The notes below the pieces were generated by a model, which searched no databases, had not been told where the DNA came from, and saw only the letters and a program-made list of their open reading frames with translations. Positions 19,793 through 30,857 of a stretch of 64,000 nt of DNA are shown here, piece after piece (position 1 is the stretch's first letter; each line of letters opens with the position of its first letter). Location: assembly GCA_019455225.1 (NCBI GenBank), contig JACFMU010000006.1, positions 7,561 through 71,560 of the forward strand. Reading direction: 5' to 3'. The translations under genes were made by a program, and so were the position numbers. The stretch is from Candidatus Hydrogenedentota bacterium. GTDB lineage: Bacteria; Hydrogenedentota; Hydrogenedentia; Hydrogenedentales; CAITNO01.

Positions 19793-21135
19793 CCACTCCC
19801 CTTGGCGCTGCGGACAGGTTTCAGGCCTGTGCCGGCCCCCACCAGCATAATATAAGGCACCCCGCCGAGACGACCCTGAAGATAACTTTTCCGGAGGTCC
19901 TTGTCATAACGGACATCCTTGTATTCGCTGAATGAAACCAGGCTCGACGCGCCCAGTACGTTCTTCTCAGCCACCCACATCTCATCCCGGCGAAACAACT
20001 GCTGGTCCATAAGCAGGACATCATGGGTCGTAAGAAGCAACTGGGCCCGGCTTTCCGGTCCACAACAGGACAGGTACGATTCAAGCAGGTGCCTGGTCAG
20101 CAGGGTGTGCAGGCTGCGGTCAATCTCGTCAATGACATAAACCTTTGTGGAATTTACGGAGGACATGTCCAAAAAGGCGGGCAGCAGATCTATGATTCGC
20201 TGCGAGCCGTCCGACTCCAGGCTTATGTCAAATGAAGCCTCCGTTCCATCCGCTTTCGGATGATAGGCGACCAGTTTTTTTGCAAGCAGCTCGCCGTTTT
20301 TTCGGGTAATAAAAACACGTTCAATCGGCGATTCATTGCGCAACCGGGCACCCCCCCCCTCCTTGACCTTTTCTTGGATAATATTCCTTTCGTGCTCGGA
20401 AAGGGGTATGTTTTTGTACGGAATGGCTTCACCGCCCAAACGCTCTATTCCAGTATCAAGCTGCGGCAACAGTTCATTCATCCTTACATACAACGGATGT
20501 TCCTCATCCAGAAACCAGTCAAATGTCTCAAATCTTGAGTCGGGACCAATAAGCCTCAGCGTGTTCTTAAACCACTCATATACCGGCCGGAAATGATTCA
20601 TCTTTTGGGAGACCGAGTTGGTCAAGAAAAGCTGGTTGTCCCTCGTACCCTTAAACACAATCGGCAACGATGTGTCGTTCTTGAGAGAACCATCGAAATC
20701 GGCCTCACCCCCCTCGCGCTCATACAAAACCCGCTCGCTGGCGCTGTTCACTTGCACGAGTTTCTCTTCGAGGACGCATTCACGGGTGACTGCAAAGCTG
20801 AACTCGTAAATGGTCTCATCCGCCAATATCTCAAAGGTGAAGCGTGTGGGCTTCCCAAGGCTTTTGGCGTCAAGCCGGAACGGCTCGACCAGGATGGGGC
20901 TGTCGGGCTGGGTGCCGTCAACGACCAGTTTCTTGGCAAAATTCAGCGCCTTGAAAAAGTTTGTCTTGCCCGAGGCGTTGCCGCCATACAAGGCCGCAAT
21001 GGGGAGGACGGAAGTCTTGTATTTCTCCAGCTTTGGCAGGCGGTCCCGGTGCTGGCGCTCCCGGCTGGCAATCATCGAGAAAGTAACGGAGTCCCGGAAG
21101 GACATCCAGTTTTCAAGGGTGACGCGGATAAGCAT
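19789..21135 (-). CDS. AAA family ATPase (AAA_21/ABC-like, RloA/AbiLi-like)
   Basis: P-loop [20 protein letters not shown] signature-like [10 protein letters not shown], Walker [13 protein letters not shown], and an H-loop TTHD. 448 aa. AT-richer than the surrounding sequence. Confidence 0.85.
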   Translation of the reverse strand: MLIRVTLENWMSFRDSVTFSMIASRERQHRDRLPKLEKYKTSVLPIAALYGGNASGKTNFFKALNFAKKLVVDGTQPDSPILVEPFRLDAKSLGKPTRFTFEILADETIYEFSFAVTRECVLEEKLVQVNSASERVLYEREGGEADFDGSLKNDTSLPIVFKGTRDNQLFLTNSVSQKMNHFRPVYEWFKNTLRLIGPDSRFETFDWFLDEEHPLYVRMNELLPQLDTGIERLGGEAIPYKNIPLSEHERNIIQEKVKEGGGARLRNESPIERVFITRKNGELLAKKLVAYHPKADGTEASFDISLESDGSQRIIDLLPAFLDMSSVNSTKVYVIDEIDRSLHTLLTRHLLESYLSCCGPESRAQLLLTTHDVLLMDQQLFRRDEMWVAEKNVLGASSLVSFSEYKDVRYDKDLRKSYLQGRLGGVPYIMLVGAGTGLKPVRSAKGSG

Positions 21136-21330
21136 TGTGTGGCACCTTGCGTGATATAACTGTTATTAACCGCAACAAGTGTACACTCTTTTAGGTTATT
21201 TGTCAACGATTACGAGATTTTTTCTCACAAACACTGACTGTCACGCGATGCAAGGCTTTTCGCAGTGTTCCAAGATTCTTCACGCGGCCAGACACGCCCA
21301 CTCCGCTCCGCCCCCGTCATTCCCGCGCAC

Positions 21331-21536
21331 GGGGCCTTCCCAAAACCCCAGTTCCGCGCAACAGACAGGATTTTCCACAACACGCCCAACCCAAGGCCGT
21401 CATTCCCGCGCACGCGGGAATCCAGTGATACCAACAGGTTACGCCGACCCTGCCGCTCTGGATTCCCGTTTTCACGGGAATGACGGGGGGTGGTTTCGTG
21501 TCCTTTTCCCTGGTCCAGACCTTTCTGGAAGGCCCC
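21331..21536. repeat. MITE-like element copy 1 (about 206 bp) with terminal inverted repeats GGGGCCTTCC(C)AAAA
   Basis: Left end GGGGCCTTCCCAAAACCCC, right end CTTTCTGGAAGGCCCC. The interior contains the hairpins GTCATTCCCGCGCACGCGGGAATC and GGATTCCCGTTTTCACGGGAATGAC. About 85-90% identical to the inverted copy at 51396-51605. Flanked by the half palindromes CGTCATTCCCGCGCAC and TTTCACGGGAATGACGG. Confidence 0.75.
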
Positions 21537-21624
21537 TTTCACGGGAATGACGGAAAAAGAGTTTCCTGAGTCTTGCTGAAGTGTGAAACTATCGGAAAGT
21601 CCTGCCGCGGATTTTGGGGCGCGC

Positions 21625-22196
<572 letters not shown>

Positions 22197-22200
<4 letters not shown>

Positions 22201-23684
22201 GATTCGAGCCCCTTCTCGGCGAAGTCCACGGCCTTGAAGAGGGCCATGGCCTTGTTGACGGTTTCCTCGTACTCGCGGTCCGGGTCGCTGTCGTAGACAA
22301 CGCCCGCGCCGGCCTGCAGGTAGGCCGTGCCGTCCTTCACCACCATGGTGCGGATGAGGATGCACGTGTCCATCTCGCCGTCGTAGCTGATGTAGCCGCA
22401 GCCGCCCGCGTAGGGGCCGCGCCGGTCCGGCTCCAGTTCGTCTATGATCTCCATGGCGCGGATTTTCGGCGCGCCGCTCACGGTGCCCATGGGGAAGGTG
22501 GCGGCCACGGCGTCCAGGGCGTCGCAGTCCGCGAGCATTTTCCCGGCCACCTCGCTGACAATGTGCATCACGTGCGAGTAGCGCTCGATGACCATGAGCT
22601 TCCCAGGCACGGGCGCGACGGTTCCCGGCTCGCTGATGCGGCCCACGTCGTTCCGGCCCAGGTCCACCAGCATCAGGTGCTCGGCGATTTCCTTCTCGTC
22701 CGCCAGCAGCTCCTTCTCCAGCGCGAGGTCCTCCTCGGGCGTCGCGCCGCGCCTCCGCGTGCCCGCGATGGGCCGCACCATCGCCCGGCCGTTCTTCACC
22801 TGGGTCATCACCTCGGGGCTGGACCCCACCAGGGAGAACTCGGGGAACTGGAGGAGGAGCATGTAGGGCGAGGGGTTGATGCAGCGCAGCGCCCGGTACA
22901 GGTTCACCGGGCTGGCGCCCACGGGACGGCGGAATCGCTGCGAGAGGACCACCTGGAAGATGTCGCCCGCGCAGATGTACTCCTTCGCCGCGCGCACGGC
23001 GCCGCAGAAGGCCTCGCGGCTGAAGTTGGACTCGACGGGCACCTCCTCGACGGCGTTGTGCAGGCGCTCGGTGGAAACCACCAGGGGCCCGCGCAGGCGC
23101 TGCTCGATCTCGTGAATTTTGCGCAGGGCCTCGTTGTACACCGCGTCGGCCGGCCCGCTCACATGGGCGTTCGACACGATCTGAATCTTGTTCTTCACGT
23201 GGTCGAAGATCAGGATCGTGTCGGTAATCATGTAGTAGAGGTCGGGCAGGTTGAGCGGGTCGGGGTTGTCGTCCGGCAGCTTCTCGAAGAAGCGGACCTG
23301 GTCATAGGAGATGTAGCCGACCGCCCCGCCGTGGAAGGCGGGCAGGCCCGGCACGGGCACCGGCTCGTACTGTTTCATCAGGGCGCGCAGCTCGTTCAGG
23401 GGGTTGTCCGAGGTGAACTTCTCCTCCACCCCGTCGCGGACGATGACCCCCTCGCGGCCCTTGGAACGGAACACGATGGAGGGGTTCGCGCCCAGGAACG
23501 AGTACTGGCCGATGGTGTCGGCCTTCTCGACGCTTTCCAGCAGGAAGGCGAAGGTCTGCCCGCGGGACAGTTTCAGGTACGCCGTGACCGGGGTTTCCAG
23601 GTCGGCGAGGATTTCTTTGCACACCGGCACCACGGCGTTGGGCCGGGAAAGCCGCCGGAATTCTTCAAGGCTGGGGTAAATCAT
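22197..23684 (-). CDS. trpE: anthranilate synthase component I
   Basis: Chorismate-binding enzyme motifs (FRRPVGASPVNLYRALR, GAVGYISYD, GAPKIRAMEII). Start set at the second ATG (MIYPS), which has AAGGAG 7 nt upstream. The in-frame ATG at 23699 is an alternative. Confidence 0.9.
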
Positions 23685-23863
23685 GGGATGCTCCTTCATT
23701 CAACGCGCCGCGCGCAGCCGCGCGGGGTCAGTCGGGACCAATGTTGCAACGCAAAGACAGGGGGGAGGTCAGTCAGGCCCTTGCGGACCGACGCCATCGG
23801 TGGACGCGCTGCTCTTGGTGGAACATCCCAAAATCTCCATGGCGGCCGCCGGCCGCAGTGCGG

Positions 23864-24640
23864 TTAGAATCTCACAGGAACACCGTGTTTTGCAAGATAT
23901 TCCTTCGCCTCCAGGATGCTGTGCTCCTGGAAGTGGAAGATGGAGGCGGCCAGGGCCGCGTCCGCGCCGCCCTCCTGCAGGGCCGCGCGCAGGTGGTCCA
24001 GCGTGCCCGCGCCGCCGCTGGCGATGACGGGAATCCCGACGCTGTCCGCGATGGCCCGGGTCAGTTCGATGTCGTAGCCGTCCTTGGTGCCGTCGCAGTC
24101 CATGCAGGTCAGTAGGATTTCCCCGGCGCCCCGACGCTCCGCCTCGACTGCCCAGGCGACGGGCTCAAGGGCCGTGGCCCGGCCCCCGTCGCGCCCGCCG
24201 TGGCTTTTCACGTAATAGCCGCCGCCCTCGGACTCGGGGCGCTTTTTCGCGTCAATCGCCACCACGATGCACTGCGCCCCGAAACGCGACGCCGCGCGGC
24301 TGATGAAGTCCGGGTTCTCAATGGCCGGCGTGTTGATCGAGACCTTGTCCGCGCCCGCGTTCAGCATGCGGCGGATGTCCTCGATGGTGCGGATGCCGCC
24401 GCCCACGCAGAGGGGCATGAAGACCTGCTCCGCCGTGCGGCGCACCACGTCCAGCATGGTCTCCCGGTTGTCCGTCGAGGCGCGGATGTCCAGGAAGACG
24501 ATCTCGTCCGCCTTCTCCTCGTCGTAGCGCCGGGCGATCTCGACGGGGTCCCCGGCGTCGCGCAGGCCCAGAAACTGGACCCCCTTTACGACCCGGCCGT
24601 CCGCCACATCTAGACACGGTATGACACGTTTGGCAAGCAT
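23864..24640 (-). CDS. hisF: imidazole glycerol phosphate synthase cyclase subunit
   Basis: [23 protein letters not shown]...CVGGGIRT...VIASGGAG are canonical HisF motifs. Confidence 0.9.
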   Translation of the reverse strand: MLAKRVIPCLDVADGRVVKGVQFLGLRDAGDPVEIARRYDEEKADEIVFLDIRASTDNRETMLDVVRRTAEQVFMPLCVGGGIRTIEDIRRMLNAGADKVSINTPAIENPDFISRAASRFGAQCIVVAIDAKKRPESEGGGYYVKSHGGRDGGRATALEPVAWAVEAERRGAGEILLTCMDCDGTKDGYDIELTRAIADSVGIPVIASGGAGTLDHLRAALQEGGADAALAASIFHFQEHSILEAKEYLAKHGVPVRF

Positions 24641-24864
24641 GGGAAACTTCCTTGCTGGTGGAAAAACAGGGGTATTGTACAAAAAACACGGGGGTGGTGT
24701 CATGAAGCGGGGCTTCCGCGCCGGAAAGCGGCCGCCACACCCCCCAAAAATGAGGGTGGCCCCCCGTTGTGCCGGGGGGCCGGCATGTGCTCACGAGAGA
24801 CATGCGCAAGGGTTTCACCAGTACAGACCCTTCGCGCACCGAGCCGGTTTCACCGGAACCGCGG

Positions 24865-27780
24865 CTACTCGATAAACACGTCGTCCAGAGTCAGTTCTCG
24901 GATTTCGCCGAAGGCCTTGAGCGCCTCCATGGGGATGCGGGCGCGGTCGCCGACGATGGAGATCAGTTTCGGACGGTTGGCTATCGCCTCCTGCTGGAAC
25001 CCGGACACCATCTCCAGGCTGCCCCGGTCGAGAATGGCCTGATACCAGCCGGGACGCGGGTCGCTGAGGAGTTCCCGGCGTTCCCAGCCGCGCACGGTGC
25101 CGATGACGCCCCGGAACCCGATTTTCCCGGTCCGGTAACTGGTCACCAGGCCCTCTTTGGCCGCGTCGAAGCGGGCCTGCTCCAGGGGCATGTTGTCGAG
25201 CAGGTCCACAAAGGCGGCGAGCGCGTCGGTGGTCTTGTCGGCCTGGGTCTGGATGACTCCGAGCATGATGTCCTGGTCGCGGCGGGCGCGCCCGACGTTG
25301 TACCGGGCCCCGGCCATGTAGGCGAGCGCGCGGGCCTCGCGCAGTTCCTGGAAGACAATGCCCGCCATGCCGTCGGCAAAGTAGCTGTTGTAGAGCTGCA
25401 CCTCGGGGCTGCGTTCGGGGTCATAGAGCCCACCGCCAAACTCAATCTGGACATGGGCCTGGGCCGCCTCGCGCTGCAGGGTCCAGACCTGGGCGGTCTC
25501 CGGCGCGCGCACCCTGCGGTAAACAGGGGGGGGCGTGTCGTCCAGCAGCCCCTTCACGGGGTGGAGCCGCCGGACCGTGTCCATCACGCGCTCCAGGGAG
25601 AGGGTGCCCGTGTAGGACACGGACTGGCGGGAGGCCATGGCGGTGCGGATCACCCCCTGCAACTCCTCCGCCGTCAGGGCGCGCACCCGGTCGGCGGGGG
25701 GCATCCGCCGGAAGGGGGAGTCCTCTCCGTAACGGTGGAACTGGACAAGCGCCTCCGCCATGGTGGCCATGTCCTTGCGGGCGTCCTCCCGCTGGCGCAG
25801 GAGGTTGGCCTTGAGCTGCTCCAGCGCCTCCGGCTCGACGGCGGGGTTCCAGGCCAGGTCCATCAGCAGCGCCACGGAGGCCTCGAAATTGGCGTCCAGG
25901 CCGGTGAGGGAGAAGAAGGTCTCGTAGTCGTCCGCGCCCACGGAGAAGGTGGTGCCGAGCTTGTACCACTCCTGCTGAAGCGCCTCGGCCGCCAGGCTCT
26001 TGGTGCCCGACAACTGCATCAGCCGCGCCGCAATTCCGGAAAGGGGGTCGTTGTTTCCGCCCCGCTCCACGGCGATGGAAAAGGAGAACACGTCGTTCAT
26101 GGGGTTCTGAACGTGGTAATAGGTGACGCCGCGGCCGTCCTCACGGCGGGCATAGTCGCGGCCCTCGCGGATATAGCGCGGCTCCATGGGCTTCGCGGGC
26201 ATGGCCATGATTTCCGCCGCAAAAGGCGAAAGGCGCGTGCCGTCTATCTCGATCACCGCCAGGGGGGGCTTCTCCACCTGGGGCGACGGCCTGGGCGCGT
26301 CCTCGCGGAAGCCCGCCACATAGCCGCCGCTGAAATACTCGTTGGCGACCCGGATAACGTCCTCGCGGGTGACTTTCCCCATCCGCTCGATGAGGGCCGA
26401 GGCGCGCTCCCACGGCTCGAAGGCTATCCATGCGGAGCGCATGGCGTCCACCCGGCTCACGTCCGACTCCAGGCCCGTCTTCTCGTTTCGCTTGTAGTCG
26501 TTGATAATGGCGGGGATGAGCCAGTCGCCGAACTCCCCGCGCTTGATGAGGTCCAACTGGTCCAGCAGCAGCCGCTCGACCTCCTCCATGGTCTGGCCGG
26601 GCTTGGGGATGCCGTAGAGGTACTGCGCGCCGTGGTCGTTCATGGGCTGGGGAAACGCGCCCGCCTGGAGCACGGCCTGGCGCTGGTTCAGGTTGATGTT
26701 GATGAGTCCCGCGGAGGCGTTGTCCAGCAGCATGTCCACCATCATCAGCGCCTCGGCGTCGGGGTGGCCGCGCGGCGCGGTGCGGAAGGCCAGCAGCACG
26801 AACTCCTCCGCCTGGTAGGGCACCCGCACCTCCTCGCGCGCCTGCGGCGCGGGGTCGTCCCAAGTGGCGCGCTCCGGCAGTTCGCGCGGTTCCAGGGACG
26901 AGAAACACTCGTCTATGACCGCCATGGTCTCGCCGGCGTCAATGTCGCCCGAGATGAATATGGCCATGTTGTTCGGCACATACCAGGCCCTGTAGAACTC
27001 GTGCAGGTTGCGCAGGGACGGGTTTTTCAGGTCCTCCACCGTTCCCAGGGTGGGCTTCTGCCCGTAGGGGTGTTTTTTGAAGAGGGCGGCGTTCACGGCA
27101 AGCTGGATGACCCGGTTCTTGTTGTCCAGCGCCCGGTTCATCTCCTCGTAGACCGTCTCCAGCTCCGTCTGGAAAAGGCGGAAGACGGGCCGGGCGAAAC
27201 GGTCCGCCTCGATGGCGGCCCACTGCCGCAGCATGTTCGAGGGCAGGTCTATCTTGTAGACCACCTCCTCGTGCCAGGTGTGCGCGTTCAGGGCGCGGCC
27301 GCCCAGGGCGCGGTAAAGCCGGTCGAGCTCGTTGGGCGCGGCGAACTTCGCCGCCTCGACGGAGACCTCGTTTATCTGCCGGTACAGCGCCGCGCGGCGC
27401 GCGGGGTCCCGCTCGCGGAAATGCTCCTCATAGAGCGCCTCGATTTTGTCCAGCAGCGGCTTCTCCGCGGAGAAGTCCACCGTGCCCAGCCGCTCGGAGC
27501 CCTTGAAGAGCAGGTGCTCCATGTAATGCGCCAGCCCCGTCGAGTCGTCCGGGTCGTCCTTGCTCCCCGCGCGCACCGCTATCTCCGCGTAAAAGCGCGG
27601 CGTGTCGTGGTTTTCCGAAAGGTACACCTCCAGGCCGTTGTCCAGCCGGAACCGGCGCACGCCGAGGGGGTCGTCCGGCAGGGGGCCCGCCACCTCCTGC
27701 CAGCCTGCGGCCGCGGCAAGGCAAAAAGGCGCGGCCAGCGCCAACAACAGGGAGAACCGGACCAAGAAACGCATCCGCAT
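24865..27780 (-). CDS. secreted M16 family zinc metallopeptidase (two tandem insulinase-like halves)
   Basis: Signal peptide MRMRFLVRFSLLLALAAPFCLAAAAG, inverted zincin motif HYMEHLLFKGS, and 971 aa with duplicated M16/M16C domains. Confidence 0.85.
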   Translation of the reverse strand: MRMRFLVRFSLLLALAAPFCLAAAAGWQEVAGPLPDDPLGVRRFRLDNGLEVYLSENHDTPRFYAEIAVRAGSKDDPDDSTGLAHYMEHLLFKGSERLGTVDFSAEKPLLDKIEALYEEHFRERDPARRAALYRQINEVSVEAAKFAAPNELDRLYRALGGRALNAHTWHEEVVYKIDLPSNMLRQWAAIEADRFARPVFRLFQTELETVYEEMNRALDNKNRVIQLAVNAALFKKHPYGQKPTLGTVEDLKNPSLRNLHEFYRAWYVPNNMAIFISGDIDAGETMAVIDECFSSLEPRELPERATWDDPAPQAREEVRVPYQAEEFVLLAFRTAPRGHPDAEALMMVDMLLDNASAGLININLNQRQAVLQAGAFPQPMNDHGAQYLYGIPKPGQTMEEVERLLLDQLDLIKRGEFGDWLIPAIINDYKRNEKTGLESDVSRVDAMRSAWIAFEPWERASALIERMGKVTREDVIRVANEYFSGGYVAGFREDAPRPSPQVEKPPLAVIEIDGTRLSPFAAEIMAMPAKPMEPRYIREGRDYARREDGRGVTYYHVQNPMNDVFSFSIAVERGGNNDPLSGIAARLMQLSGTKSLAAEALQQEWYKLGTTFSVGADDYETFFSLTGLDANFEASVALLMDLAWNPAVEPEALEQLKANLLRQREDARKDMATMAEALVQFHRYGEDSPFRRMPPADRVRALTAEELQGVIRTAMASRQSVSYTGTLSLERVMDTVRRLHPVKGLLDDTPPPVYRRVRAPETAQVWTLQREAAQAHVQIEFGGGLYDPERSPEVQLYNSYFADGMAGIVFQELREARALAYMAGARYNVGRARRDQDIMLGVIQTQADKTTDALAAFVDLLDNMPLEQARFDAAKEGLVTSYRTGKIGFRGVIGTVRGWERRELLSDPRPGWYQAILDRGSLEMVSGFQQEAIANRPKLISIVGDRARIPMEALKAFGEIRELTLDDVFIE

Positions 27781-27871
27781 GGGTAGCCTCCTTTCGCTGT
27801 GTCAGACCGCGCCCATTGTACGCGCGGGGGCGCGCGCCGCGCATCTGGAAGAAGGCGTAACCGGCAAACAC

Positions 27872-28741
27872 CTATTTTTTCAGCCGGTTGACCGCCTCCA
27901 CCACGGAAAACACGTCGCCCTGCTCATAAAAGTCCACGGTGATGAAGTTTGGAATGCGCCCGATTTCCCGGACGCATTTCATGACCCGGTCCATAAAGAA
28001 CGGGTTGCTGTTCGCCGCAAGGGCCAGATGGCGGCGGGGGGTGGGCTGGGATTTCAAAAAATGGTTGAGGTTGAGCAGGGCATTGGTCTTTTCGCCCCGG
28101 TCCAGGCGGCAGTCAAACTCCTCCAGCGAGCCGGGATACCAGGGCGTGTCCCACATGTGTTTCCACATGGGCAGCAGCCAGTCCTGGTCACCGCAGTTGC
28201 GGTCGTACAGGACCACCACCCGCCGGTTTGCGGCGATCATCTCCCCCAGCGTCGGCCAGGGGTCTCCAAGCCGCTGGGCGTGGCAGAGGTCCAGCATGCC
28301 GCTTTCACGGAAGTCCCGCGCCAGATGCTCAGGGTCCGGCACAGAACCCTCCACCAAGAGGGCGACGACCTCGCGCGGGTGCGCGTCGAGGAACTCCCGG
28401 ATTTCCACCAGCCCCTCCACCAGTGTCTGGCTGCCCAGACGGCAGAATCCATGGCAGAGCATCAGCCGGCCGTCCTCGACATGCACGTCGAGCATGACGG
28501 CCCGGATGCCGTCCTCCAACTGGCGGCGCATGCGCCGGTCCTGGTTGGGGAAGAAATATCCCGCCTCCCGGCTGGACATGCCGTTGTGGGTGCAGGCGAA
28601 GGCAACCTGATCAAAGGGGCGCCCGCAGAGTTCCGGCATGCCATTGCAGGGTTCGCAGGGCTCGTCGGGCCGGGCCGCGCCGCAGGCCAGCAGGACGGCG
28701 GCAGTGAGAATGAACCTTGACGGAAACAAGTGTTTGGACAC
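27872..28741 (-). CDS. secreted PI-PLC X-domain-like phosphodiesterase
   Basis: Signal peptide, a HNGMSS...RAVMLDVHVEDGRLMLCHG X-box-like catalytic His region, and a TIM-barrel phosphodiesterase length. Confidence 0.55.
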   Translation of the reverse strand: MSKHLFPSRFILTAAVLLACGAARPDEPCEPCNGMPELCGRPFDQVAFACTHNGMSSREAGYFFPNQDRRMRRQLEDGIRAVMLDVHVEDGRLMLCHGFCRLGSQTLVEGLVEIREFLDAHPREVVALLVEGSVPDPEHLARDFRESGMLDLCHAQRLGDPWPTLGEMIAANRRVVVLYDRNCGDQDWLLPMWKHMWDTPWYPGSLEEFDCRLDRGEKTNALLNLNHFLKSQPTPRRHLALAANSNPFFMDRVMKCVREIGRIPNFITVDFYEQGDVFSVVEAVNRLKK

Positions 28742-28797
28742 GCGGGGGCCTCCTGCAAAATTCGGTGTGTGACTGTTTGGGAAGCGGACCGCAACGC

Positions 28798-29619
28798 TCA
28801 GGGGGCCGCATTCCCGTTTTCGGACGGGTCCCGGCCCGTTTCGGTTTCATTTTCCAGCAGCACGTCCGCCGTCTCCGAGAGTTCCATCCCCTCGGTGAGG
28901 GCGAAATTGCCGTGGCGGAGAAACTGCGCGCAGAGCAGCGCCACATGGCGGCTGTTCATGATGAACGTGTGCGCGTGGTGGACCAGCACCCAGTCCTTCA
29001 TGCCCGCCAGCCGGGTGCTGTCCACCGTGACAACCCCGTCGTTCGGCTCCTTGAACGTGACCGACTGGCCGCGGTCCCCGGCGATGACGCCGAACTCGAC
29101 CTCGGGGACGGGCAGGCCCGCATAGAACTCCGCCGAGGCGAGCTGCTGGCCGCTGTCGCCGGTGAACCACCGATAAATGGGGTTGTCCTTGAGCGCGCGG
29201 GCCAGTTCGGCGGGCTGGTTGGGCGGCGCCAGCATCACAATGCGGCCAAGCCCCGGCGGAAACCCCCGCTTGAACCCGTTCCGGATGATGATGTTTCCCA
29301 GGGAGTGGGCCACCAGATGGTACCTGGCGCCCGGCGCCACATTCTCGTGGACAAACTCGCGCAGGGAGTCCGAAAGGGTGTCCAGCGATTTCGAGTGGGT
29401 GACATAGGGGAAGTTCAGCGTTTTGAACCCCGCCTGGCGCAGGCGCGTGTCCAGCACCCACAGCGAGGCCCGGCCCCGTCCCATGCCGTGAAGCAGCACC
29501 ACCGTCTCCGCGTCTCCGCCCGTGCCCGGCTCCGGTTCCGCCCCGGCGCGCCCTCCGGAACACAGCACGGCGGCGGCGAGTGCCGCCGCAAATGCGGCTA
29601 TGCGGACGCTTCTGGGCAT
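28798..29619 (-). CDS. secreted alpha/beta hydrolase (lipase/esterase-like)
   Basis: Signal peptide MPRSVRIAAFAAALAAAVLC, oxyanion region VVLLHGMG, and a nucleophile elbow AHSLGN (GxSxG). Start chosen at the ATG preceding the signal peptide. Confidence 0.7.
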   Translation of the reverse strand: MPRSVRIAAFAAALAAAVLCSGGRAGAEPEPGTGGDAETVVLLHGMGRGRASLWVLDTRLRQAGFKTLNFPYVTHSKSLDTLSDSLREFVHENVAPGARYHLVAHSLGNIIIRNGFKRGFPPGLGRIVMLAPPNQPAELARALKDNPIYRWFTGDSGQQLASAEFYAGLPVPEVEFGVIAGDRGQSVTFKEPNDGVVTVDSTRLAGMKDWVLVHHAHTFIMNSRHVALLCAQFLRHGNFALTEGMELSETADVLLENETETGRDPSENGNAAP

Positions 29620-29794
29620 GATATGGACACTTTTCCTCTCCGCGTGAAAGCGGTGAACCGGGACACACCGCCGGATTATAGGCAGAGCCCGCCCTTCCCG
29701 GCAAACTTGCCCCGAACGGCGCGCCCCTGTGCTATTATATCCGCCGCCGCATGCGCCATGCGGCAAAACGCAACCCCCCGTCAAGGAGCATGTC

Positions 29795-30553
29795 ATGTCA
29801 AACCGCCCCATCGGCGCCGTCACTTTTGATCTGTGGGACTGCCTCTTCCGCGACGACTCGGACGAGCCCAAGCGCGCCGCCGCCGGACTGCCGCCCAAGC
29901 CGAAGGCGCGGCGCGACCTGCTCCATTATTATCTGTCAAAACACGCGCCCGTGGACCGCACCCTGTCGGACCTGGCCTTTGACGTGTCCGACGCCGCCTT
30001 CCGCAAGGTGTGGCACGACCAGCATGTGACCTGGTCTGTGGCCGAGCGGATGCGGGTGCTGCTCGCCGGGCTCAAGCGCGAACTCCCGGAGGACGACTTC
30101 GCGGCGTTTGTGGACGCCCTCGAGCGCATGGAGCTGGAATACCGGCCCGACCCCGCGCCCGGCGCGGTGGAGGCGCTGGCGCGTCTCCACGGGAAATACC
30201 CGCTGGCCATCGTGTCCGACGCCATCTTCACGCCCGGCCGCAACCTCAGGACCCTGCTCGACGGCGCGGGCATGCTCCAATATTTCGACTACTTCGTGTT
30301 CTCCGATGAGATCGGCCACTCCAAGCCCCACCCCGCCGTGTACGAGTCGGTGGCGGGCCACTACGGCATTCCCCTGGCGGACATCGTCCACATCGGCGAC
30401 CGGCCCCACAACGACCTCGGCGGTCCCCACGCCGTGGGCGCGCGCGGCGTGCTGCTCACCGTGGTGCTGGACCGTCCCCTGGACGGCCACACGCCCGACG
30501 CGGTCTGCGCGGACTATGCGGACCTGCCGGACATTCTCGCGGGCATGGAGTAG
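29795..30553 (+). CDS. HAD family hydrolase
   Basis: Motif I FDLWDCLF (DxD-like) and motif IV GDRPHNDLGG. AAGGAG RBS 7 nt upstream. Confidence 0.8.
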   Translation: MSNRPIGAVTFDLWDCLFRDDSDEPKRAAAGLPPKPKARRDLLHYYLSKHAPVDRTLSDLAFDVSDAAFRKVWHDQHVTWSVAERMRVLLAGLKRELPEDDFAAFVDALERMELEYRPDPAPGAVEALARLHGKYPLAIVSDAIFTPGRNLRTLLDGAGMLQYFDYFVFSDEIGHSKPHPAVYESVAGHYGIPLADIVHIGDRPHNDLGGPHAVGARGVLLTVVLDRPLDGHTPDAVCADYADLPDILAGME

Positions 30554-30857
30554 GCGGCCGCACAGGGCAACGACTGGGTACAGCCACCGGCGCGGGAATG
30601 GGCATCCTCTCCGAGCCGTGGCCATGTACCGCGCCGTTGGCAGTCCCCTGATGCTTTCACATAACGCCAAGGGGACTGGCTCACGGCGCGCCAACGGCCC
30701 CAACACCATGTCCACACCCCCAACTTGCGCGCCGGGTGCCTGTACCCAAACCCGTTACACTTCTCCGCATTCTTCCCCGTTTGCCTCGGGAACGGCCCCT
30801 GTGTCATGCTGGACGCCGCATGCGGTGCGCCACAACCCCGCACCCGGAGGAGCCGTC

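Noticed and set aside
21179-21550. Small ORFs inside the MITE copies (21179-21550 +, 21225-21542 -, 21265-21483 +, 51414-51860 -)
   Set aside because: Their similar peptides (RHSRARGNPVIPTGYA...LDSRFHGNDG) arise from translating the palindromic repeat in either direction. They are not genes.
23700-23863. Possible trp leader peptide/attenuator upstream of trpE (small ORF MEILGCSTKSSASTDGVGPQGPD plus a GC-rich hairpin)
   Set aside because: The candidate leader contains no Trp codons. The hairpin is not followed by a clear U-tract. Insufficient evidence for attenuation control.
24769-27786. 1005-aa plus-strand ORF antisense to the M16 peptidase
   Set aside because: Same reasoning. The M16 peptidase has a signal peptide and an HxxEH motif. 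The antisense frame is Gly/Arg/His-rich.
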